Shown one piece after another: positions 24,961 to 32,000 of a DNA stretch of 32,000 nucleotides. The stretch is from Thermodesulfobacteriota bacterium. Its GTDB lineage: Bacteria > Desulfobacterota > WTBG01 > JAGOGO01. How positions within the stretch are numbered: position 1 is the stretch's first letter; each line of letters begins with the position of its first letter. The notes below the pieces were generated by a model. It made no database searches and was not told the DNA's origin. It saw only the letters and a program-made list of their open reading frames with translations. The stretch covers positions 1,965,622 through 1,997,621 of the forward strand of contig CP113000.1 in assembly GCA_026625185.1 (NCBI GenBank). Reading direction: 5' to 3'. The position numbers were made by a program, and so were the translations under genes.

Positions 24961-25501
24961 AGCAGTTACTCCTTTTCGCCACATAGGGTTTATAGTTTGG
25001 CTGCCAAGGGTGCCCTGCTCCGCACAGTGGCGTCGTGCCATGAACCATCCACAGATTATTTCTATAAAACATTGAACAATATTGGTTGATTATTACAGTC
25101 TATTGCAATACCCATCGTTTTGTCGGGATGTTATACGGATCGGTATAACACCCAACTATGTCCCCAAAGCAAAAAAGCCCCTTTACCCTTTTATCTAGTA
25201 GATAGGCTTTATTTTTTTGTGAAAAGTATTGATCCTCAATACCACCCTCTAACCTCTTTAATTAAATTCAAAATAAATCACCCGGCCTTCTTTTCGGAAG
25301 ACAGGCTGGAATTTTACCTCATATTTTTCACGCGCGCAAACACTCGGAGAGATAAAAAATAGAAAATTTTTCTTATCCTCCGCTTATAATTGTTTGGTGA
25401 TACCATATAAGGTAAAAAAAAGTCATTTCCCCCCTATATTTTGTACAAACTAACCTTCTAAAAATATTATTAAAAATTATTAAAAAAAATACATTTTTTT
25501 C

Positions 25502-25529
25502 TTGACAAGCCTATAAATTTCTTTAGAAT
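25502..25529 (+). promoter_or_regulatory. Pmra-type sigma-70 promoter of the dcw cluster
   Basis: TTGACA (25502-25507), a 16-nt spacer, then TAGAAT (25524-25529). It is preceded by a very AT-rich UP-like tract and lies 53 nt upstream of the mraZ ATG. Confidence 0.6.
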
Positions 25530-25537
25530 GGGATGCA

Positions 25538-25571
25538 AGTGGTATAAAGTGGTATAAAGTGGAATAAGGTG
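25538..25571 (+). promoter_or_regulatory. Phased direct repeats, the likely MraZ operator
   Basis: AAGTGGTATA, AAGTGGTATA and AAGTGGAATA, followed by a degenerate AGGTGCTTAA, at exact 10-bp periodicity between the -10 element and the mraZ start. Confidence 0.6.
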
Positions 25572-25581
25572 CTTAAATTTT

Positions 25582-26022
25582 ATGTTTCGCGGCTCATACG
25601 AACATACCATTGATTCAAAGGGCAGGGTCAGTTTACCGGCTCAATTTCGAAGCCTGTTACCCAAGGATAACGAGCGCCTGGTAATCACGAACTATATTCC
25701 CTCTCATCTTTGGGCTTTTACGTATGAGAACTGGATAAAATTAGAGGAAAAATTAGCCTCCTTTCCTTTGACTGATCCGGATATTCGTTCTTTTAAACAT
25801 TTTTTTGTTGCCGGCGCTCACGATGTGCCGGTGGATAAGTTAGGCCGGGTTCTGGTCCCCCCCAGGCTCCGTGAATATGCCCAGTTAAACAAAGAGGTTG
25901 TTTTTGTCGGATCGATTACCCATATCGAAATCTGGGATAAAGGAAATTGGAAACCCACGTTTACAACCTCTGAGTCAAACGTGGAACAGGTTGCCCGAAA
26001 ATTGGCTGACCTGGGTTTTTAA
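25582..26022 (+). CDS. mraZ: Transcriptional regulator MraZ
   Basis: 146 aa. Two SpoVT/AbrB-like repeats carry the DxxGR motifs (DSKGRVSLPAQFR and DKLGRVLVPPRLRE). First gene of the dcw order. Confidence 0.95.
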   Translation: MFRGSYEHTIDSKGRVSLPAQFRSLLPKDNERLVITNYIPSHLWAFTYENWIKLEEKLASFPLTDPDIRSFKHFFVAGAHDVPVDKLGRVLVPPRLREYAQLNKEVVFVGSITHIEIWDKGNWKPTFTTSESNVEQVARKLADLGF

Positions 26023-26025
26023 TAA

Positions 26026-26961
26026 ATGGCCGATTTCCATCAGCCGGTTTTATTAAACGAAACAGTATCAACACTCAACTGCCATCCCGGCGGGATTTAT
26101 GTAGACGCGACAGTAGGTGGAGGAGGTCATGCGTTTCACATATTTAAAATCTGTCCACATATCAAACTGCTCATTGGTATTGACCGAGATGAAGATGCCT
26201 TGCTCCAGGCTGAACGAAGACTGGCTTCCTTTAAAAGCCAGGTTGTTTTGATTAAAGAAAATTATTCACAGATTAAAACAATTATCTCAGATTTGCAAAT
26301 AAAATCAGTGGATGGAGTTCTTCTTGATCTTGGCGTTTCTACACATCAGCTTTTATCTTCTAACCGGGGGTTTGGATTTTCTGCCGAGGGACCTCTCGAT
26401 ATGAGAATGGATAGAGAACAACAGATCACCGCGTCTGATTTAGTAAACACTCTTCCCGAACAAGAGTTAAGGAAAATTCTACGGGAATACGGTGAGGAAA
26501 GGCACGCGGCCTCGATTGCAAAAACGATTGTAAGGGAAAGAAAAAAACAACCGATAAAAACAACCTTGGAGTTGGCAAATGTGGTTGCCAGGGCAATTCC
26601 TTTTTCGCCGCGTCCGCGAAAAATCCATCCGGCAACCAGAACTTTTCAGGCATTGAGGATTGCGGTCAATGACGAATTTGCCAACCTGGAGAGCGTTCTT
26701 CCTGATGCCGTCGATATATTGGCGCAAAAAGGGAGGATAGCGGTCATTTCTTTTCATTCCTTGGAGGATCGAATCGTTAAAAATTTTTTTCGCCAACAAT
26801 CAAAGTCCTGTGTTTGTTCCCCGCGACTGCCGAAATGCGCATGCGGGCAGATCCGAAAACTTAAGGTGCTAACCAAAAAGCCGATTGTGCCAACGGCTGA
26901 AGAAATAAGGATGAATCCTCGTTCCCGGAGTGCCCGGCTTCGGGGAGCAGAAAAACTCTAA
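26026..26961 (+). CDS. rsmH: 16S rRNA m4C1402 methyltransferase RsmH (MraW)
   Basis: 311 aa. Motifs seen: HQPVLLNE, DATVGGGGHA, DLGVSTHQL, FHSLEDRIVK. Confidence 0.95.
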   Translation: MADFHQPVLLNETVSTLNCHPGGIYVDATVGGGGHAFHIFKICPHIKLLIGIDRDEDALLQAERRLASFKSQVVLIKENYSQIKTIISDLQIKSVDGVLLDLGVSTHQLLSSNRGFGFSAEGPLDMRMDREQQITASDLVNTLPEQELRKILREYGEERHAASIAKTIVRERKKQPIKTTLELANVVARAIPFSPRPRKIHPATRTFQALRIAVNDEFANLESVLPDAVDILAQKGRIAVISFHSLEDRIVKNFFRQQSKSCVCSPRLPKCACGQIRKLKVLTKKPIVPTAEEIRMNPRSRSARLRGAEKL

Positions 26962-26981
26962 AGATCAAGGAGGAGATGATT

Positions 26982-27326
26982 ATGGATGATGTCTTTACCA
27001 GAGGGTATATTCATACGGATATTTTAGGAGAGCAGATTGTTCGAGAACGCGTAGTTCCCTGGAAACAAGATGTTAAAAACTATTTGCTTATCGTGGCAAC
27101 GTTGGTTTTTTTCACTCTTCTTTTTGTGTGGTCACGTTTAGAAGTACTCCAGATGGGATATGCGCTTTCGCGGGCCAATCAAGTTTATGAAAACCTTGTA
27201 AAAGAAAGCCAATGTTTGCGGGTAGAGGTGGCCAGTCTCAAATCTCCTTCGCGCATTGAAAAACTGGCTAAAGAAAAACTTGGACTCATCAACCCAACCC
27301 AAGGAAAAATTATCCTTATTCCATGA
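26982..27326 (+). CDS. ftsL: FtsL-like cell-division protein
   Basis: A small bitopic protein with a TM segment (LLIVATLVFFTLLFVW) followed by a coiled-coil-like region. It occupies the position between rsmH and ftsI. ATG 26982 has the best spacing to AAGGAGGAG; ATG 26976 is the alternative. Its stop overlaps the ftsI start (ATGA). Confidence 0.7.
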   Translation: MDDVFTRGYIHTDILGEQIVRERVVPWKQDVKNYLLIVATLVFFTLLFVWSRLEVLQMGYALSRANQVYENLVKESQCLRVEVASLKSPSRIEKLAKEKLGLINPTQGKIILIP

Positions 27327-29278
27327 ATGAAATAAAGTGGATAAAATTTAGGATAATCATCATATTTTTTCTCTTTTTCTTTTTCCTCGTAGGCGTCGCC
27401 GTACGCGGTTACCAGCTTCAGATAGTAAAACAGACCGAGCTTGTTCATCGAGCTGAGATCCAAAGAAAACATTTGATTAAGCTTTGGCCCTCCCGGGGAA
27501 TAATTTATGATCGGAGAAAAAACGAGCTTGCGGGTAGTGTGGAGGTGGATTCGGTGTTTGCCCACCCGTGGCAAGTAAAAGAACCGAAAAAGATTGCGGA
27601 AGGCTTAAGCAAGGTACTTACTATAAATTCATATTGGTTGCAAAAAACATTGCAAAGCCCCTCTCCTTTCGTATGGATTGCACGGGGTATTTCTCCCGCC
27701 AAAAGGGAGCAGATCGAGGCTTTGGCTCCCAAGGGGATTTATTTCTTAAAAGAAAATAAAAGATTTTATCCTCATTGTGAGATCGGGGGACATCTTTTAG
27801 GTTTTGTGGGGATCGATGGAAATGGATTGGAAGGCTTGGAGCTCAATTATGAAAAATTTATTAGTGGAGGTAATGAAGCTCTTTTAGTTGAGCGGGATGC
27901 TATCGGACGTGAGCTCATCTATTCGGGCATTCTCGCTTCTGAGTCCCCCGGCAGTAATTTGATCTTGACGATTGACCTCAATATCCAGTATATCCTTGAA
28001 AAAGAGCTCCAAAAAGCAGTCGAAGGATCGAACGCTCTGGGAGGCCTGGGTATTGTGATGAATCCTAAAACAGGCGAAGTGTTAGGACTTGCCGTCCAGC
28101 CGAGTTTTAATCCCAATAATTTTAAATTTTCATCTCCCAACCAATGGAGAAACCGAGCATTGACCGATAACTTCGAGCCAGGGTCTACTTTCAAGGTCTT
28201 TTTAGCGGCGGCTGCGCTTGAGGAAGGATTGGTTTCTCCGGAAGAGAATTTTTATTGCGAAAACGGAACCTATAAGATCGGCCGAAGGACTATCCACGAC
28301 GTCCACAAATACGGAACCTTAACCGTTGCGGAAATTATAAAAAAATCCTCAAATATCGGGGCAGCAAAAATCTGCGCCCGAATGAACGCGGAGACCTTTT
28401 ACCGGCACATTCGAGATTTCGGATTCGGTGAGAAGACGAGTATTGATTTGCCCTTTGAGTCCCTCGGTTCGGTGCGTCCGTATCAGGGTTGGAAAGAGAT
28501 CGAAAAAAGCAATATGGCTTTCGGTCAGGGAATTTCAATTACCGGCCTACAGCTTATCACTGCGCTCAGCGCGATTGCCAATGGGGGTTATGTGATGCGT
28601 CCGTATATCGTCAGAGGGATTGTCAATGAAAAAGGAGAATACCTGAAGAAGAATTTTCCCAACGTTGTCAGGACTGCCATTTCTGCGCAGACCGCCAAAA
28701 CTTTAACGGAAATAATGATTGGGGTAACCACCGAAGGGGGTACCGGGGTAGCGGCTGCTATTCCTGGTTTTGAAGTTGCCGGGAAGACGGGGACAGCTCA
28801 GAAGGTTGATCCCGTTACCAAACGGTATAACTGGGCAAGGCCGATAAGTTCTTTTATGGGATTTGTTCCCGCGCGGGACCCTCGGATTTCGGTCTTAATC
28901 GTGGTTGATGAGCCAAAAGGCAGAGGGTTTGGGGGTACGGTAGCTGCCCCTGCTTTTAAAGCGGTCGCAGAAGAGGTTTTGCACTATTTAAACGTTTTCC
29001 CTGATCCCAACCTGATTCCTGCGCCGACGAAAGTTCCAACGCCTTTATTGGTTGCACGCAACACGTCTGGTGATAAACCGATCGACAATTATTCCGGGTC
29101 AGATCGTTTGCCGGATTTTACCGGTTTGAGCATGAGGAGAGTTCTGCAGATTGTAAAAGGATACAATCTAAAAGTGCAGATAGAGGGCAGTGGAAGGGCC
29201 GTGGCCCAAAAACCTTCACCAGGCACCCCACTCAACGGGGTGTCAGAGTGTTGGGTGGCTTTTAAGCCAATAACATGA
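27323..29278 (+). CDS. ftsI: Peptidoglycan D,D-transpeptidase FtsI (class B PBP) with a C-terminal PASTA domain
   Basis: 651 aa. N-terminal TM segment, then SxxK (STFK), SxN (SSN) and KTG (KTGT). The C-terminal ~55 aa, LPDFTGLSMRRVLQIVKGYNLKVQIEGSGRAVAQKPSPGTPL, are PASTA-like. Confidence 0.9.
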   Translation: MNEIKWIKFRIIIIFFLFFFFLVGVAVRGYQLQIVKQTELVHRAEIQRKHLIKLWPSRGIIYDRRKNELAGSVEVDSVFAHPWQVKEPKKIAEGLSKVLTINSYWLQKTLQSPSPFVWIARGISPAKREQIEALAPKGIYFLKENKRFYPHCEIGGHLLGFVGIDGNGLEGLELNYEKFISGGNEALLVERDAIGRELIYSGILASESPGSNLILTIDLNIQYILEKELQKAVEGSNALGGLGIVMNPKTGEVLGLAVQPSFNPNNFKFSSPNQWRNRALTDNFEPGSTFKVFLAAAALEEGLVSPEENFYCENGTYKIGRRTIHDVHKYGTLTVAEIIKKSSNIGAAKICARMNAETFYRHIRDFGFGEKTSIDLPFESLGSVRPYQGWKEIEKSNMAFGQGISITGLQLITALSAIANGGYVMRPYIVRGIVNEKGEYLKKNFPNVVRTAISAQTAKTLTEIMIGVTTEGGTGVAAAIPGFEVAGKTGTAQKVDPVTKRYNWARPISSFMGFVPARDPRISVLIVVDEPKGRGFGGTVAAPAFKAVAEEVLHYLNVFPDPNLIPAPTKVPTPLLVARNTSGDKPIDNYSGSDRLPDFTGLSMRRVLQIVKGYNLKVQIEGSGRAVAQKPSPGTPLNGVSECWVAFKPIT

Positions 29279-30819
29279 GAAAAATTTTATGCCCGGTTGC
29301 CCTCATGAAATTGAATGACCTTATTGAAGGATTAGCAATGCACCAGGTTTCCGGCTCAACATCAGAAGAAATTTTTGGGATTGCTTTTCATTCCAAGGAA
29401 GTTCAGCCTCATTTTTTATTTGCCGCCATCAAGGGAGCAACCCATAACGGACATGACTTTATTTCTGAGGCAATACGTCGGGGAGCAAAAGCGATTATTG
29501 CTGAGACAGTTCCTGAGCCGCACCATGAGGTGACCTGGATTACGGTACCCGATACCAGGATTGCTTTAGCCCAGGTTGCCGCCAGGTTTCTGGATGATCC
29601 GTCGTTAGCCTTAAAAGTAGTGGGCATTACCGGCACCAATGGGAAGACCACGACCTCGTATCTCTTGGAATCAATTTTTCGAGCAGCGGGATATAACCCC
29701 GGAGTTATTGGCACGATAAATTATCGGTTTGGAAATATCGTGAGACCAGCGCCGAACACTACGCCTGAATCTCTCGAAATCCAAAAGCTCCTTGCCCACA
29801 TGGTGAAAGAAAAGGTTTCCCATGTGGCGATGGAAGTTTCCTCGCATGCACTTGACCAAAACCGAGTGGAAGGGGTTAACTTTGCAGTAGGAGTATTCAC
29901 CAATCTTACCCCGGAACATTTAGATTATCATGGCACCATGGAACAATACACGCAAAGCAAGGCAAAACTTTTCTCGCGCTTTTTAGATCAGAGCAAGATC
30001 GCCGGGAAAAAATTTGCGGTATTGAACCAGGATGATCCCCAGACGTCTCATTTTCGTTCGCTTACCTCGGTTTCGGTTGTTCAGTATGGTATGGGAAAAG
30101 ACGTCGATATAACCATTGAGAAAGCGCAGGTTTCTCAAGAAGGGGTACGCGGAACACTGAAAACTCCTCGAGGAGATATAAGGTTTATTTCTTCTCTTTT
30201 TGGTCGGTTTAATCTTTATAACATTATGGCTGCCACGGGAGCAGCCATTTGTTTGGATACTCCTCGTGAAGCGATCCGTTCGGGAATCGAGAATTTTATT
30301 TCCGTCCCCGGAAGGATGGAGAGGGTAGGGCAGGAAAGAAATTTCACTATTCTTGTTGACTACGCCCATACTCCTGATGCTCTGGAGAAAGTCCTTTTGT
30401 CGCTTAGGGAGCTCGCACCACTAAGGATTATAACGGTATTTGGCTGTGGTGGAGATCGGGATCGGAACAAAAGACCGATGATGGGTGAAATAGCGGCGAA
30501 GCTGAGTGATTTAGTCGTGATTACTTCTGATAACCCTCGGACCGAAAGGCCGGAGGATATTATTGCCGAGATTGAAGAGGGAGTTAAAAGCGCCGGTCTG
30601 GAAAAAATTTCTCCTCGTGAGGCACCCTATCGCAATGGTTATTTTGCGGTGGCAGACCGGTTTGAAGCCATTCAGAATGCTCTTCACATGGCAAAGCGAG
30701 GAGATATTGTGCTGGTTGCCGGCAAAGGTCATGAAGACTATCAGATTATCGGGAAGCAGAGGATACCTTTTGATGACCGGGAGACGATTAAAGAAGCGCT
30801 CAATAAAATTAAACCATAG
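29275..30819 (+). CDS. murE: UDP-MurNAc-L-Ala-D-Glu:meso-DAP ligase MurE
   Basis: 514 aa. It has the Mur ligase P-loop GITGTNGKTTT and a DNPR motif (TSDNPRTE), which is associated with meso-DAP specificity. ATGA overlaps the ftsI stop. An alternative start lies at 29305. Confidence 0.95.
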   Translation: MRKILCPVALMKLNDLIEGLAMHQVSGSTSEEIFGIAFHSKEVQPHFLFAAIKGATHNGHDFISEAIRRGAKAIIAETVPEPHHEVTWITVPDTRIALAQVAARFLDDPSLALKVVGITGTNGKTTTSYLLESIFRAAGYNPGVIGTINYRFGNIVRPAPNTTPESLEIQKLLAHMVKEKVSHVAMEVSSHALDQNRVEGVNFAVGVFTNLTPEHLDYHGTMEQYTQSKAKLFSRFLDQSKIAGKKFAVLNQDDPQTSHFRSLTSVSVVQYGMGKDVDITIEKAQVSQEGVRGTLKTPRGDIRFISSLFGRFNLYNIMAATGAAICLDTPREAIRSGIENFISVPGRMERVGQERNFTILVDYAHTPDALEKVLLSLRELAPLRIITVFGCGGDRDRNKRPMMGEIAAKLSDLVVITSDNPRTERPEDIIAEIEEGVKSAGLEKISPREAPYRNGYFAVADRFEAIQNALHMAKRGDIVLVAGKGHEDYQIIGKQRIPFDDRETIKEALNKIKP

Positions 30820-30837
30820 GATAAACGGAGGTTTTAT

Positions 30838-31026
30838 ATGGAAGGAGTTTTAGCGTCAAAGAGTGCGATAAAAAATTTTAGCGGTTACATTATGTGCCTG
30901 CATCGGAAAAATACCCCCCGGATTTCGGTGAAGGTTTGCGAGCAAAGTTGCCCTTTCAAAAGCGAGTGTAAGGAGTACCGGATATTTTTTGACGACCAAT
31001 CAGGGAAGAGCAGATCGGTCAACTAA
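30838..31026 (+). CDS. Small (62 aa) Cys-containing hypothetical protein inserted between murE and murF
   Basis: GGAGG lies 6 nt upstream, 18 nt after the murE stop. The Cys pattern is C20-x13-C34-x3-C38(P)-x5-C44. I recognised no family. Confidence 0.45.
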   Translation: MEGVLASKSAIKNFSGYIMCLHRKNTPRISVKVCEQSCPFKSECKEYRIFFDDQSGKSRSVN

Positions 31027-31058
31027 ATTTTATTAACTTTAGCATCATGGAGGAGAAC

Positions 31059-31244
31059 ATGGCACTAAAATCCCATTGCGCAATTTGCAAAATTCGGATT
31101 TCTGCGGAAAGAACGCCGATTTCAGTATTTTGTTGGATTTTGCGATGGCACACAAATTGGTGTCCTGGCTGGAAGTCCTACCATAGAGAATTGGTTGAGA
31201 GGCTGAGATGTTTAACTCAAGACAACCTAACCCTCGAACAATGA
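31059..31244 (+). CDS. Small (61 aa) Cys/Trp/His-rich hypothetical protein inserted between murE and murF
   Basis: GGAGGAG lies just upstream of ATG 31059; the track start at 31047 lacks an SD. The product is MALKSHCAICKIRISAERTPISVFCWILRWHTNWCPGWKSYH..., with a CxxC pair, three further Cys, four Trp and three His. murF starts 24 nt after its stop. Confidence 0.4.
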   Translation: MALKSHCAICKIRISAERTPISVFCWILRWHTNWCPGWKSYHRELVERLRCLTQDNLTLEQ

Positions 31245-31268
31245 GTTAATGACAATAGTTTCTAAAGG

Positions 31269-32000
31269 ATGAGTAACCATTTTTCGGTCCAATGGGTTGT
31301 TGATGCCCTCCAAGGGCAGCTTAAAAGGGGGAACCCAGAGACAGAATACCTAGGGATATCGACTGATTCTCGCACTATCAAACCCGGGGAAATTTTTTTA
31401 GCGCTTAAGGGAGATACCTTTGATGGGCATGATTTTATTAGTGAGGTCATTAATAAAGGCGCTTTAGGGGTAGTGCTACAATCGGGAAGGTTAATATCTC
31501 AAGGCAAAAAAGACTTCATTGTCATCGAAGTCAACGATACGCTTTATGCTTTAGGGGAATGTGCCGCTCATTATCGCCGGCTGTATGGTATCCCCCTTGT
31601 GGCGGTTACCGGCAGCAATGGCAAAACAACAACCAAAGAAATGATTGCCGCTATTCTATCGACGAAAAGGCGAGTTTTGAAAAACCAGGGAAATTTTAAT
31701 AACCTGATTGGTCTTCCGTTAAGTTTGCTTAAACTTTCATCCGCGCATGATGTTGGGGTGTTCGAATTAGGCATGAACCGGAGAGGTGAGATTGCGCGAC
31801 TGGTCGAAATCGCTCACCCTACCGTGGGCGTCGTTACCAACGTGGGTCCGGTTCATTTAGAATATCTTAAGACGATTGATGAGGTGGCAGAGGCAAAAGG
31901 TGAGCTTTTTCAAAACCTGCCTTCTGAGGCAACAGCAATTTTCAACCAAGATGACCCCAGGATCCAGAACTTGTCGTCACGATTTTCAGGAAAGAAAATT
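31269..32000 (+). CDS. murF: UDP-MurNAc-tripeptide:D-Ala-D-Ala ligase MurF (N-terminal 244 codons; continues past the right edge)
   Basis: Absent from the ORF track because it is edge-truncated. I translated it by hand from ATG 31269: MSNHFSVQWVVDALQGQL...ISTDSRTIKPGEIFLALKGDTFDGHDFI...VAVTGSNGKTTTKEMI...NNLIGLPLSL. No stop was seen in the 393 nt translated codon by codon (to ~31680); the remaining sequence to nt 32000 was read less rigorously and also showed none. Confidence 0.9.
   Translation, partial: MSNHFSVQWVVDALQGQLKRGNPETEYLGISTDSRTIKPGEIFLALKGDTFDGHDFISEVINKGALGVVLQSGRLISQGKKDFIVIEVNDTLYALGECAAHYRRLYGIPLVAVTGSNGKTTTKEMIAAILSTKRRVLKNQGNFNNLIGLPLSLLKLSSAHDVGVFELGMNRRGEIARLVEIAHPTVGVVTNVGPVHLEYLKTIDEVAEAKGELFQNLPSEATAIFNQDDPRIQNLSSRFSGKKI

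Noticed and set aside
22390-25070. Calling the GC-rich patch a mobile element or genomic island
   Set aside because: I found no integrase, transposase, tRNA anchor or flanking direct repeats. It is recorded only as compositionally atypical.
25120-25362. An 80-aa plus-strand ORF in the large gap upstream of Pmra
   Set aside because: It has a TTG start with no SD. It runs through hairpins and T-runs, and the translation is low-complexity. I treated the region as non-coding (see the sRNA candidate).
25373-25426. A minus-strand mini-ORF after a GGGGGG tract. I first misread it as 37 codons.
   Set aside because: A careful reverse complement gives only 17 codons (MTFFYLIWYHQTIISGG). That is too short and unsupported.
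31262-31774. Minus-strand ORFs 31262-31450 and 31571-31774
   Set aside because: They are antisense to the hand-verified murF reading frame, which carries the Mur ligase P-loop.

Overview
This is a 32-kb chromosomal window from an AT-leaning bacterium with an outer membrane, probably an anaerobe. Hand-counted 60-nt lines give about 33-46% GC over most of the window. I cannot assign taxonomy from the sequence alone.

Contents from left to right:
1. A GC-rich (about 50-63% in sampled lines) minus-strand porin-cytochrome pair. It consists of a 10-haem MtrA/DmsE/PioA-type cytochrome followed 11 nt later by an edge-truncated MtrB/PioB-type beta-barrel. The barrel gene is missing from the supplied ORF track.
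2. A DUF302 gene and a CopA-type Cu(I) P-type ATPase with a MerR/CueR-style 19-bp-spacer promoter.
3. A multidomain signalling protein (MshEN, degenerate HD-GYP, Asp->Glu receiver, DUF4388) and a DUF169 gene.
4. A plus-strand chemosensory operon of about 11.3 kb behind a sigma-54-type promoter. Gene order is sCache MCP, CheY, pseudo-receiver-CheX, REC-PilZ-Hanks Ser/Thr kinase, CheA, CheW, CheR, a second CheX-like gene, CheB and CheD. The CheA carries an MshEN-like tandem motif where the P2 domain normally sits.
5. A rubrerythrin-like gene plus a YihY/BrkB gene in one operon.
6. A second GC-rich patch (about 22.39-25.07 kb) with three exported or membrane hypothetical genes. Two of them share a duplicated upstream element.
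7. The 5' part of the dcw cluster: a Pmra promoter with a 10-bp-phased direct-repeat operator, mraZ, rsmH, ftsL, ftsI (with a C-terminal PASTA domain), murE, two tightly packed small Cys-rich ORFs, and edge-truncated murF (also missing from the ORF track).

I recognised no rRNA, tRNA, CRISPR array, transposase or integrase.

The most unusual content in my reading is the chemosensory pathway. It carries three candidate c-di-GMP receptor modules (one PilZ, two MshEN-like) and a eukaryotic-type kinase within or next to the che operon. All domain calls come from motif recognition by eye and need profile-HMM confirmation.
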